Part shown: positions 7,379-15,897 of the stretch, one piece after another | Layout: each line of letters starts with the position of its first letter | Numbering within the stretch: the stretch's first letter is position 1 | NCBI GenBank assembly: GCA_020637435.1 | Contig: JACJVW010000002.1 | Span: 75,715 to 139,714, forward strand | Length of the DNA: 64,000 nucleotides | Origin: Candidatus Woesearchaeota archaeon | GTDB taxonomy: Archaea > Nanobdellota > Nanobdellia > Woesearchaeales > JACJVW01 | Direction: 5' to 3' | Translations under genes and position numbers: made by a program | The notes under the pieces: model-generated | Database searches by the model: none | Told to the model about the DNA's origin: nothing | Seen by the model: the letters and a program-made list of their open reading frames with translations, nothing else

Positions 7379-9292
7379 TTATATGGATTGTGTATACCTA
7401 TATAAACGCTCTACACCCTTGGCGATAGCGCACAAGAGATGAAAATCCTCTTTCGTTCTCACCCGGTGCAAACGGTCATCCTGCAATACCTTCTCAAGAC
7501 CGGTAATATACTTTCGCAGTTCATACCCAAGCATGATATCTGAACCATCAGAAGTGAACAGTTCCGACTGATGTACCTTATCCCTTATCTTTCGTTCAAG
7601 CTGCTTGCTCGATATATCAAATATGACCGATTCCAGTGCAAGCAGATGACGTTGTGAAATGCACTCTACATCATGAAGCATCGTTGCAGATGCATACGAA
7701 ATCAGCCCCGTAGTATGCAGGTCCTTCGTCCATTGATCAAGATCCGCGTATCGCAATGCAGACCTGATTCCAGAAATCCCCACAGTACCCAATCTTTCAG
7801 AAAACTGCTCCAAAGACAATTCTGGGTTGCTCCTCTTCTCAATCAGATACTCGCCATGCAGACGCTCCGCCCGCTCGGCAAGATTGACTACTTCAAAGAG
7901 GTCTTCAGCGATCTGTATTCTCCTTGCCGTTCCGTCATCCATAGGACAACACAATACCTCAATATGAGTCAATCCCGCTTGCAGAGCTGAGCGGTATCTG
8001 GTCTCACCAACGACGATCTCATACTTGCCCTCTAAAGGCCGCACCATGATGGTCTGCATAATACCATACTTCTCAATTGAATCACTCATACTGGCAATAT
8101 TGGATCCATCAAATGTTTTCCTTGGTTGTTCGATGCACGGAACAATATCGCCTATAGGTATCCGCGGTAGATACATTACATTCACCAGGTCAACATGCTC
8201 ATAGTCCATACGCGATTGCAGTACAACATCTCCAGCACTGATTCTATCGACAAGATCACCTTTATTTCCGCTTGCAGCGCAAAATTTTCTGAATCGGGCA
8301 TCATTATTGTAGTCTGCCTTCAGTCCCGTCATGGCCGAATACAGATTCCTGATAGTCTCAAAAAAAGGAGTTCCGTAGCTGTCAAGATTACCCAGGATAG
8401 TGATATCAAAATCTGCCAATCGTTCAAGTTTACCCAGGAGTTTCTTCATGTCCCTAAGCATAGGTCTAAGAGGTGAAAACTCATCATAGTCTACACGCTG
8501 CTTAACCATGGTAAATCCAGGGTCATCAACGTACGTTTTCATAATATCCCTAACAGATTTTCTCGATAGCCCGTTCTCTCGAGCCTGAGCAATGATTGTC
8601 CGTTGCCTGTTCCTGTTTGGTTCATGGCCAAGTGCCGATGCAACTGAATAAGGTATCTTTCCAGCCTCAACTTGTTGCTTGATCTGTCCATGGAGATTTA
8701 CATAATCGAATGCATTTCGGATCATGTCAACTGACCTGCCCACATGGCGAGCGAAATCCGTCATGCTAAACCTTGTCTTCAATGCAGCATCAACATCATG
8801 ATAGGAATTGTTTGCTAAAGAGAGTATCTCATCTGCCTCAAGGTCATATTGGTCGCTAAGCATGAGCACATACATCTCCCACCAGCTCTGCGCATGTTCA
8901 TGTGCTGGGATAGCCCTCTTGGTAGAATTTTCGATAACCTGCATATGCACCCTATCTTCATCACTCACATTTGTATAGATTGCTGCACGGTAGTGAGGAA
9001 GCCCAAGTATGCCTGATACAAGTCTTCGTCTGCTTCCAGCGATAACCTGATACCGACCCTCATGCAACTGGATAACATCGCTTGGTTCTCCATCATACGC
9101 ATAAAGCAGATCATCAAGGCACAGATGCTCCAGGTCTGTTATCTCAACAATTGCAGGGGTGAGATTGATCTTGGAAGCCTGCATCGACTCTATCAGATCT
9201 ATCAGCTTAGACTTTCGCCAAGTTTTGCGTTCATTCCTATCAGGCAGTAAAACCCGGTCAGTCTCTATGTCAAAAACTCCTAGTCTCATCAA
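7379..9292 (-). CDS. Tandem-duplicated ParB/Srx-domain protein (two ParB-N + HTH modules)
   Basis: 637 aa. Module 1: YQVIAGSRRRLVSGILGL ... MQVIENSTKR ... FSMTDFARHVGRSVDMIRNAFDYVNL. Module 2: YEIVVGETRYRSALQAGL ... IQIAEDLFEVVNLAERAE ... LSLEQFSERLGTVGISGIRSALRYADL. Both resemble the ParB GERRxRA box followed by an HTH. Confidence 0.65.
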   Translation of the reverse strand: MMRLGVFDIETDRVLLPDRNERKTWRKSKLIDLIESMQASKINLTPAIVEITDLEHLCLDDLLYAYDGEPSDVIQLHEGRYQVIAGSRRRLVSGILGLPHYRAAIYTNVSDEDRVHMQVIENSTKRAIPAHEHAQSWWEMYVLMLSDQYDLEADEILSLANNSYHDVDAALKTRFSMTDFARHVGRSVDMIRNAFDYVNLHGQIKQQVEAGKIPYSVASALGHEPNRNRQRTIIAQARENGLSRKSVRDIMKTYVDDPGFTMVKQRVDYDEFSPLRPMLRDMKKLLGKLERLADFDITILGNLDSYGTPFFETIRNLYSAMTGLKADYNNDARFRKFCAASGNKGDLVDRISAGDVVLQSRMDYEHVDLVNVMYLPRIPIGDIVPCIEQPRKTFDGSNIASMSDSIEKYGIMQTIMVRPLEGKYEIVVGETRYRSALQAGLTHIEVLCCPMDDGTARRIQIAEDLFEVVNLAERAERLHGEYLIEKRSNPELSLEQFSERLGTVGISGIRSALRYADLDQWTKDLHTTGLISYASATMLHDVECISQRHLLALESVIFDISSKQLERKIRDKVHQSELFTSDGSDIMLGYELRKYITGLEKVLQDDRLHRVRTKEDFHLLCAIAKGVERLYRYTQSI

Positions 9293-9298
9293 TACACC

Positions 9299-10687
9299 TT
9301 ATTTTTTTACCCGGTCTACAAAACAAAGACCGCAGCTCTGCTCATCCTTTCCAACATGTGTTGAACAGAGACGGATATCTCCCTCTCTCTCATTGCGGTA
9401 TCTCAGGAAATCAGGATGCGTTTTTGAAGCGACGAAGAACTGGCCCTTCTTGCGCCAAGCGCTTCTGTTTCCAAAAAGGTCTTCATCAACACACTTCAGC
9501 TCATCCCATACCTGTCCGCTTATGGCAGGAGCAAGACTTTTCTTGTTACGTATCCTCATATCAAGGTATTGAAGACCTAGCTTGGGATGCGATAGTTGAA
9601 AGGCAACCGCATACTTTGCCTCATCCTGCATCTCAGACATCGGACGTGTGATGTCTGTCGCAACATAGATACCGCACTGCACATCAGCGTCGGCAAATCT
9701 CAGCAGTTCATCAAGTCTACGCCTCGTATCAAAACCATGCTTTAGGATGCCTTGTTCCAGAACTTCATAGCCGACGCTCGCGAGTAAAGAGACTCGGGCT
9801 TCACGCAGCAAATCTGCCGTCTCAACATCAAATTCTGGCATTTTCGTAGGCATCGTCACATCTATATCATACCTGCTGCGAAGCTCAATCACTGCGTCAA
9901 GCACAGCATGCAACTGGTTGGGAAGTCCATACTTCTCTCGAAATTCCCTCGGTATGAAAGTCTCTACATTCTGGCCGATACGAAGGAACACTCTTCCGTT
10001 GATCTCTCTTTGTGCTATCTTTTCCTCGATCAGATCAACAAGCTTGGAAGTCTCATACAGAGTATGGAGTGAAGGAAGAGCATTCCTGCCGTACGCATAG
10101 CAATAGTCGCATCTTCCTTCCGGGTCGTATGTTCCATCCGGCGTTATGGTCGCAGTACAGCCCATCATTCCATCGATTCCGATATCTATAGGACAGATAT
10201 CATGATAGATACCTTTGCCGCCTCTCACCATACCATGCGCACCCGAATTCACAACAACTATTTCCGGTTGTACCCGGACACGTTCGACGACTCGAGCTTC
10301 AAGGGTGGACTGACCTTCACCGCCTACATAAGCAGCGATATCACAAGTGATTGCCGTGATTACCCCATCAGTCAACTCCTCCAAAGCGACATGTGCAATC
10401 TTAGCAGAATACAATGCATCGTTCTGTTTGATCTGTTGCACAGGAGCGTTGCGAAGGCCATGCAGGTCAGCTGCGCCGCCTTGCAGAAGATAGGTACTCA
10501 CATACCCTGACCGTTTCAAAGAGTCATATGAAGTGAACGCAACAGGCTCATCGCAGACAAGTAATCCAGAAAACTGAGCGCCAGGCCTTCTGATTATCCT
10601 TGACTGAGTATAGAGGTTTAGAGCGTAGAATTGACTCCCTAGCGAGAAAAGCCTATGACTTATTCCATTTCTCGGTTTTGCCATCAT
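9299..10687 (-). CDS. Large radical-SAM-like protein with non-canonical Cys motifs (function unknown)
   Basis: The longest ORF is 478 aa (to 10735). I favour ATG 10687/10684 because a TATA box (TTTATATT on the minus strand, 10708-10715) lies 28-31 nt upstream. It carries GC-x15-C-D-Y-C-Y-A-Y-G and a C-terminal C-x10-C-x2-C. It lies 6 nt upstream of the ParB-like gene. Confidence 0.5.
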   Translation of the reverse strand: MMAKPRNGISHRLFSLGSQFYALNLYTQSRIIRRPGAQFSGLLVCDEPVAFTSYDSLKRSGYVSTYLLQGGAADLHGLRNAPVQQIKQNDALYSAKIAHVALEELTDGVITAITCDIAAYVGGEGQSTLEARVVERVRVQPEIVVVNSGAHGMVRGGKGIYHDICPIDIGIDGMMGCTATITPDGTYDPEGRCDYCYAYGRNALPSLHTLYETSKLVDLIEEKIAQREINGRVFLRIGQNVETFIPREFREKYGLPNQLHAVLDAVIELRSRYDIDVTMPTKMPEFDVETADLLREARVSLLASVGYEVLEQGILKHGFDTRRRLDELLRFADADVQCGIYVATDITRPMSEMQDEAKYAVAFQLSHPKLGLQYLDMRIRNKKSLAPAISGQVWDELKCVDEDLFGNRSAWRKKGQFFVASKTHPDFLRYRNEREGDIRLCSTHVGKDEQSCGLCFVDRVKK

Positions 10688-10746
10688 AGAATGGGACACC
10701 TGGGCCAAATATAAATCTATCAGACCGCCTGACATAAACTTTATTA

Positions 10747-11295
10747 ATGGCCCTCGTCTTTCAGCAAGCTACAATGGACATGCTACATGACATCAAACCT
10801 GGCGAAGTGAATAAGCTCAATGTTATCATCGAGGTACCCAAAGGTTCTCGCATCAAATATGAACTAGACAAAGAGACTGGTCTCATCAAAGTAGATAGAG
10901 TGCTCTACAGTCCTATGCACTATCCTGCAAACTACGGATTTGTTCCCCAGACTCTCTGGGAAGATGGAGATCCGCTCGACGTCCTGGTAATAGGCTATGA
11001 GGAGCTCATCCCAGGATGCCTCATCGAAGCTCGACCTGTCGCTATGCTTGAGATGAATGACGGTGGTGATGATGATGTCAAGATTCTCGCTGTCCCTACA
11101 GAGGATCCTCGATTTAAGGATATCGAGACGCTCAATGATGTGCATCCGCACCTTCTTGCTGAGATCAAGCATTTCTTCATGGTCTACAAACATCTTGAGA
11201 ACAAGAAAGTGGACGTAGGAGAATGGTGCGATGAGAAAGCGGCTGAAGCGGCCATTAAAAAATCCTTTGAACTCTACAAAGGAAAAAGGGCATAA
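10747..11295 (+). CDS. ppa: Inorganic pyrophosphatase, family I
   Basis: NVIIEVPKGSRIKYELDKETGLIKVDRVLYSPMHYPANYGFVPQT...DGDPLDVLV is the canonical family I PPase core. Confidence 0.9.
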   Translation: MALVFQQATMDMLHDIKPGEVNKLNVIIEVPKGSRIKYELDKETGLIKVDRVLYSPMHYPANYGFVPQTLWEDGDPLDVLVIGYEELIPGCLIEARPVAMLEMNDGGDDDVKILAVPTEDPRFKDIETLNDVHPHLLAEIKHFFMVYKHLENKKVDVGEWCDEKAAEAAIKKSFELYKGKRA

Positions 11296-11328
11296 GTATT
11301 ATATACACGCAGGACAGGAAAAAATCTT

Positions 11329-13317
11329 ATGTGGATCCTGTTACTGCTCATATTACTTCTTCCTGACGCGTTCGCGGGTGACGACTATGTGTATTCAACT
11401 TCTGAACTGACGCTTCGCACAGACGTAAGCGCCGCCTTTCAATTCATAGCCGAGTCACCCAGAGCAAGCGTGACAAGCGCTACTATAAACCTCTCCTATC
11501 TGCCTATTAAAAGCGACCATCAAAGCCTCATCAGTCTGCACTCCCTGATTCCCTCAACACGTTATGCTGATTTCCTGCTCTTCGAATTTGATGACCCCGC
11601 GATCTCCAGCTACACTGTAGGATATGACGCGACCATACAGACAACCAACGCATTCGTACCGATTAAGACTAAAGTCCCGTTCCCCGTGCAAAGCATAGCT
11701 TCAGACATTCAACAATTCACTCTAGCCGCAGAGAATATAGATTCAGATGATCCAGGCATCATCAAGCAGGCTCATGAGATAGTAAAAGGAGAAGACGATC
11801 TCTTTATCGCAGTCTACAAACTTGCTGACTGGGTGCAGGAACATGTAGACTACTCATTAAACAGCTATACAGTCAAAGCATCCAAGTCGGCTTCATGGGT
11901 CCTTGAGAACAGATACGGCGTCTGCGATGAACTTACCAGCCTTTTTGTCGCCCTGTGCAGAAGTGTCGGCATCCCAGCAAGATATGTCAGCGGTCTGGCT
12001 TATACTAACTATAACGGTATCAATGACTGGGGACCCCACGCATGGGCTGAAGTGTACTTCCCTGGCTATGGATGGATACCATATGATGTGACCTACGGAG
12101 AGTTTGCATTTGTCGACGCGAGCCACATAGCCCTCAAAGTATCGCATGACAGTGCTGAAGCCGTAATAGAATACGAATGGAAAGGTAAGGATGTAAGTCT
12201 TGACAATAGACCTATGGAATCAAAGACCGTAGTCGTCAGTCAGGGTGCTCCGCTCGCGGCACTTGTGAGCATGGAACTTGAACCTTTCCATGAAAGTGTG
12301 GGCATAAGTTCATACAATGGCCTTAAATTGTCTATAAAGAACAACAACCCATACTACATTATCACGACACTGCAGCACTCGCTTCTAAAGGAGTTTGAAC
12401 TTGATGGAAATATCTCACAGTTTATCCTTCTTGGTCCAAGTGAACAGCAGAACATCTATTTTGTGGGTCAAGTGGACAAATATCTGGACAAAAATTACAG
12501 ATATACTATGCCTATCATCTTCCAGACAACGAGGAACACAACCGTCGAGTCCAGATTTAGTGTTGACAGATACGCTGAGATCTATAGCAGAGCTGAGATT
12601 GAAAGTCTTATACCAAAAAACATCCAGGACACAACATCAGAACATCAGTCGCTCCAGATCGCTTGCGAGCCTGACAGTCCTTCCTTCTATCTAGATCAGA
12701 CACCCACAACAAGCTGCTCGCTCACTAACAATGGGAATACATATCTGGACAGACTATCGGTATGCATGCAATCATGCCAATCCATCGACCTAGGGATAGG
12801 AAAAAGTCAAACACTGCAGTTCATACTCAATATATCAGAGGCAGGCAAAACAGATGTAGTGCTCAAAGCTACAAGGTTTGGCAAAGAGATAGGCAGCGAT
12901 ATTGTGACAGTCTCCATCTTAGACAGACCGCAGATATTCATCTCTGAAAAGGACTACCCTAAAAAAGTCGGGTTCAATGACGAATTTTCTCTGAAGATAA
13001 AACTGGTCAAGAAGACAAGAGCTATCCCTCTGGAAGTCCATGTGTTCTTCCGCACAGAAGAAAGGGATCTAAGCGAACTACAGGCAACGCAACTTAAAGA
13101 AGACACCACCTTCCAGCTAAATATGAAAGGAAGAGATTTTCTAAGGGAGAATAATGAAGTCGAGATATTGGTAACCTATGAGGATGATGAGGGTAACTCT
13201 TACAAAGTCTCTGACAAAGTTGATATCAGCCTAAAAGACCTTACTTTCATCCAAAAGACTGTGCTCTTTATGAATCGGATAGAGAACAGGATACATAATT
13301 TTTTAAACAATTTTTAG
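11329..13317 (+). CDS. Secreted transglutaminase-like cysteine protease-fold protein
   Basis: 662 aa with an N-terminal signal-like segment. The Cys-His-Asp core is YGVCDELTSLF...GPHAWAEVYFPGYGWIPYDVT. The long C-terminal region is beta-rich. Confidence 0.7.
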   Translation: MWILLLLILLLPDAFAGDDYVYSTSELTLRTDVSAAFQFIAESPRASVTSATINLSYLPIKSDHQSLISLHSLIPSTRYADFLLFEFDDPAISSYTVGYDATIQTTNAFVPIKTKVPFPVQSIASDIQQFTLAAENIDSDDPGIIKQAHEIVKGEDDLFIAVYKLADWVQEHVDYSLNSYTVKASKSASWVLENRYGVCDELTSLFVALCRSVGIPARYVSGLAYTNYNGINDWGPHAWAEVYFPGYGWIPYDVTYGEFAFVDASHIALKVSHDSAEAVIEYEWKGKDVSLDNRPMESKTVVVSQGAPLAALVSMELEPFHESVGISSYNGLKLSIKNNNPYYIITTLQHSLLKEFELDGNISQFILLGPSEQQNIYFVGQVDKYLDKNYRYTMPIIFQTTRNTTVESRFSVDRYAEIYSRAEIESLIPKNIQDTTSEHQSLQIACEPDSPSFYLDQTPTTSCSLTNNGNTYLDRLSVCMQSCQSIDLGIGKSQTLQFILNISEAGKTDVVLKATRFGKEIGSDIVTVSILDRPQIFISEKDYPKKVGFNDEFSLKIKLVKKTRAIPLEVHVFFRTEERDLSELQATQLKEDTTFQLNMKGRDFLRENNEVEILVTYEDDEGNSYKVSDKVDISLKDLTFIQKTVLFMNRIENRIHNFLNNF

Positions 13318-13330
13318 GTACCGGGACTGC

Positions 13331-15895
13331 ATGGTAAAACTTTCTCCCGCAATGGAGCAATATGTGCAGATCAAGGAAGAGAATCCTCACTGCCTAGTCA
13401 TGTTCCGTATGGGAGATTTCTATGAGATGTTCTATGAGGATGCCAAGACAGCGGCTCGTGAACTCGATATTACCCTGACCGCACGTGGCAAAGGAGAGAG
13501 CAGAGCGCCTCTCGCAGGCATACCATACCACGCCATCGAACAGTACATCAAAAAACTAGTGCAAAAAGGCTACAAAATTGCAATGGTCGAGCAGCTAGAG
13601 GACCCAAAAAAAGCGAAAGGTCTGGTCAAACGGGGCCTTGTCAGGATAATCACGCCAGGCACCCTCATCGAGGACTCGATGCTAAGCAAAGAGAACAACA
13701 ACTACCTGGCAGCCGTCTCCCCCCATGACAGAGAATTCGGCATAGCTTTCTGTGACATAAGCACAGGAGAATTTATGACAACAATCTGCGACACTGAGAT
13801 CAAACTTTTCGCTGAGCTTGAGAAATACAGGCCTAGCGAACTCATACTCCCGCTCTCTTTCGAAAAGAGCCTGATAGCTAACGAGATTAGCAAAAGAGAT
13901 TATCATGCATCATTTGAAGACGACCGCCACTTCTGGAAAGTCAAAGCAGAATCAACTATAAAAAAACACTTCGGAACTGAGCATCTTGATGGTTTTGGTC
14001 TGCAAGACAAAGAAGTCGCTATCGAATCATCCGGAGCGCTCATTTCCTATCTTTATCAGAATCACATAAATCAGAGCCCGAATATCAAGACTATCCAGAC
14101 GTACTCCGTCGAATCGTACATGATACTTGACTCACCTACCCAGAGGAATCTTGAATTGCTCCGCAATATCAGAGACAATTCATCCCGAGGCACACTCTTC
14201 GAAGTCATCAATAAGACCAGAACTTCTATGGGTTCGCGAAGGCTCAAGTCCTGGCTGCTGCGGCCGCTAAGGGATATCTCTGCCATTACGTCGCGTCATC
14301 AGGCGATAGAAGAGCTGCATGAAAATGCCCTTCTTGTCGAAGACCTTAAAGATGCGCTACGAGACATCGCTGACCTGGAAAGGATAGTAGGACGAGTTGC
14401 CTACGGAACAGTCAATCCGCGGGACACCATAAGTCTTGCCACATCGCTTGAGAAGATACCCCGTTTGCAAAAGCTCCTCGCTGAAACATCGGATTCTTTT
14501 GACTTCGTCAAACGACTAAACCCGTTGGAAAATCTGTATGGTCTCATAGTACGGGCTATAAAAGATGAACCAGCTATTACGATAAGGGAAGGAAATATCA
14601 TCAGGCACGGCTTTAACAAAGAGCTTGATGAGCTTATCGCTATGAGCACAAAGGGCAAAGAGTGGATGCTTAGTTTTGAAGAGAAGGAGAAAGACGCGAC
14701 GGGCATAAAAAATCTTAGAGTCAGATACAATAAAGTATTCGGATACTTCATCGAGATATCAAAAAGCAATCTGAAATTTGTTCCTGACCACTACATCCGT
14801 AAACAGACTCAGGTCAATTGCGAACGCTTCATAACAGAAGACCTCAAGGAGAAAGAATCACAACTGCTCGGCGCTCAGGACAAGATATATGGTCTTGAGT
14901 ACGAGTTATTCATGGAGATTGTGACAGAGATTGCTGCGCATAAAGCACCTATTCTCGAAGTAGCTGATGCGATAAGCGATCTTGATTGCCTCCTCGCCCT
15001 AACAAGCACAGCAGTAGAGAATCATTACACCAGACCTCGCATGTCACTTGGCCAGGAACTGGAAATTGTCGACGGTCGACACCCGGTCGTGGAACAGCTT
15101 GAACGCGGTTCTTTCATAGCGAATGATACGACTATCGGGAGTTCCGATATCGTGCACATTATCACAGGTCCGAACATGGCAGGTAAATCTACCTATCTCA
15201 GGCAGGTAGCGCTTATCACACTGCTTGCGCAGATGGGCTCGTTCGTACCTGCAAAGAGCGCCACCATATCAATTGTCGATAGGATATTCTCTAGAGTAGG
15301 AGCGTATGACGATCTATCGATGGGACAATCCACATTTATGGTCGAGATGAGTGAAACTGCTAATATCCTCAACAACGCAACAGCCAAGTCCCTCATCATC
15401 ATGGATGAAGTTGGCAGGGGTACCTCCACATACGATGGTCTTAGTCTTGCGTGGGCGATTATAGAATATATCCTGCAACATATTAAAGGGAAGACGCTTT
15501 TCGCTACCCACTATCATCATCTCAATACACTTGAGCGCCAGTATGAGGGAGTTAAAAACTTCAACGTGCTCGTGGAGGAACACGATGAGGACGTTGTCTT
15601 CCTACATAAGATAATCGAAGGAGGCACTGACAGAAGCTATGGTATCCATGTAGCGATGATCGCTGGCATGCCAAAACAGGTCATCGACCGTTCAAGACTA
15701 ATCATGGGAAGAATCGAGGGTCAGGAACAGCTGACAAGGACTATCACAGATGGATCAAACGACTTAACTGATAAGAATATAACTGCTGAAGATCACATAA
15801 CTCCTGAAGCGAATATAACTACTGCGTCGAACAGCATAAAGACATCCTCACGAAGAGATACTAAGAAAAAACAGAAGAGCCTTTTCGAATACTAA
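13331..15895 (+). CDS. mutS: DNA mismatch repair protein MutS (bacterial MutS1 type)
   Basis: N-terminus PAMEQYVQIKEENPHCLVMFRMGDFYEMFYEDA, Walker A GPNMAGKSTYLRQ, and STFMVEM, DEVGRGTSTYDG. A TTTTAAAC box starts 30 nt upstream of the ATG. Confidence 0.95.
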   Translation: MVKLSPAMEQYVQIKEENPHCLVMFRMGDFYEMFYEDAKTAARELDITLTARGKGESRAPLAGIPYHAIEQYIKKLVQKGYKIAMVEQLEDPKKAKGLVKRGLVRIITPGTLIEDSMLSKENNNYLAAVSPHDREFGIAFCDISTGEFMTTICDTEIKLFAELEKYRPSELILPLSFEKSLIANEISKRDYHASFEDDRHFWKVKAESTIKKHFGTEHLDGFGLQDKEVAIESSGALISYLYQNHINQSPNIKTIQTYSVESYMILDSPTQRNLELLRNIRDNSSRGTLFEVINKTRTSMGSRRLKSWLLRPLRDISAITSRHQAIEELHENALLVEDLKDALRDIADLERIVGRVAYGTVNPRDTISLATSLEKIPRLQKLLAETSDSFDFVKRLNPLENLYGLIVRAIKDEPAITIREGNIIRHGFNKELDELIAMSTKGKEWMLSFEEKEKDATGIKNLRVRYNKVFGYFIEISKSNLKFVPDHYIRKQTQVNCERFITEDLKEKESQLLGAQDKIYGLEYELFMEIVTEIAAHKAPILEVADAISDLDCLLALTSTAVENHYTRPRMSLGQELEIVDGRHPVVEQLERGSFIANDTTIGSSDIVHIITGPNMAGKSTYLRQVALITLLAQMGSFVPAKSATISIVDRIFSRVGAYDDLSMGQSTFMVEMSETANILNNATAKSLIIMDEVGRGTSTYDGLSLAWAIIEYILQHIKGKTLFATHYHHLNTLERQYEGVKNFNVLVEEHDEDVVFLHKIIEGGTDRSYGIHVAMIAGMPKQVIDRSRLIMGRIEGQEQLTRTITDGSNDLTDKNITAEDHITPEANITTASNSIKTSSRRDTKKKQKSLFEY

Positions 15896-15897
15896 CA

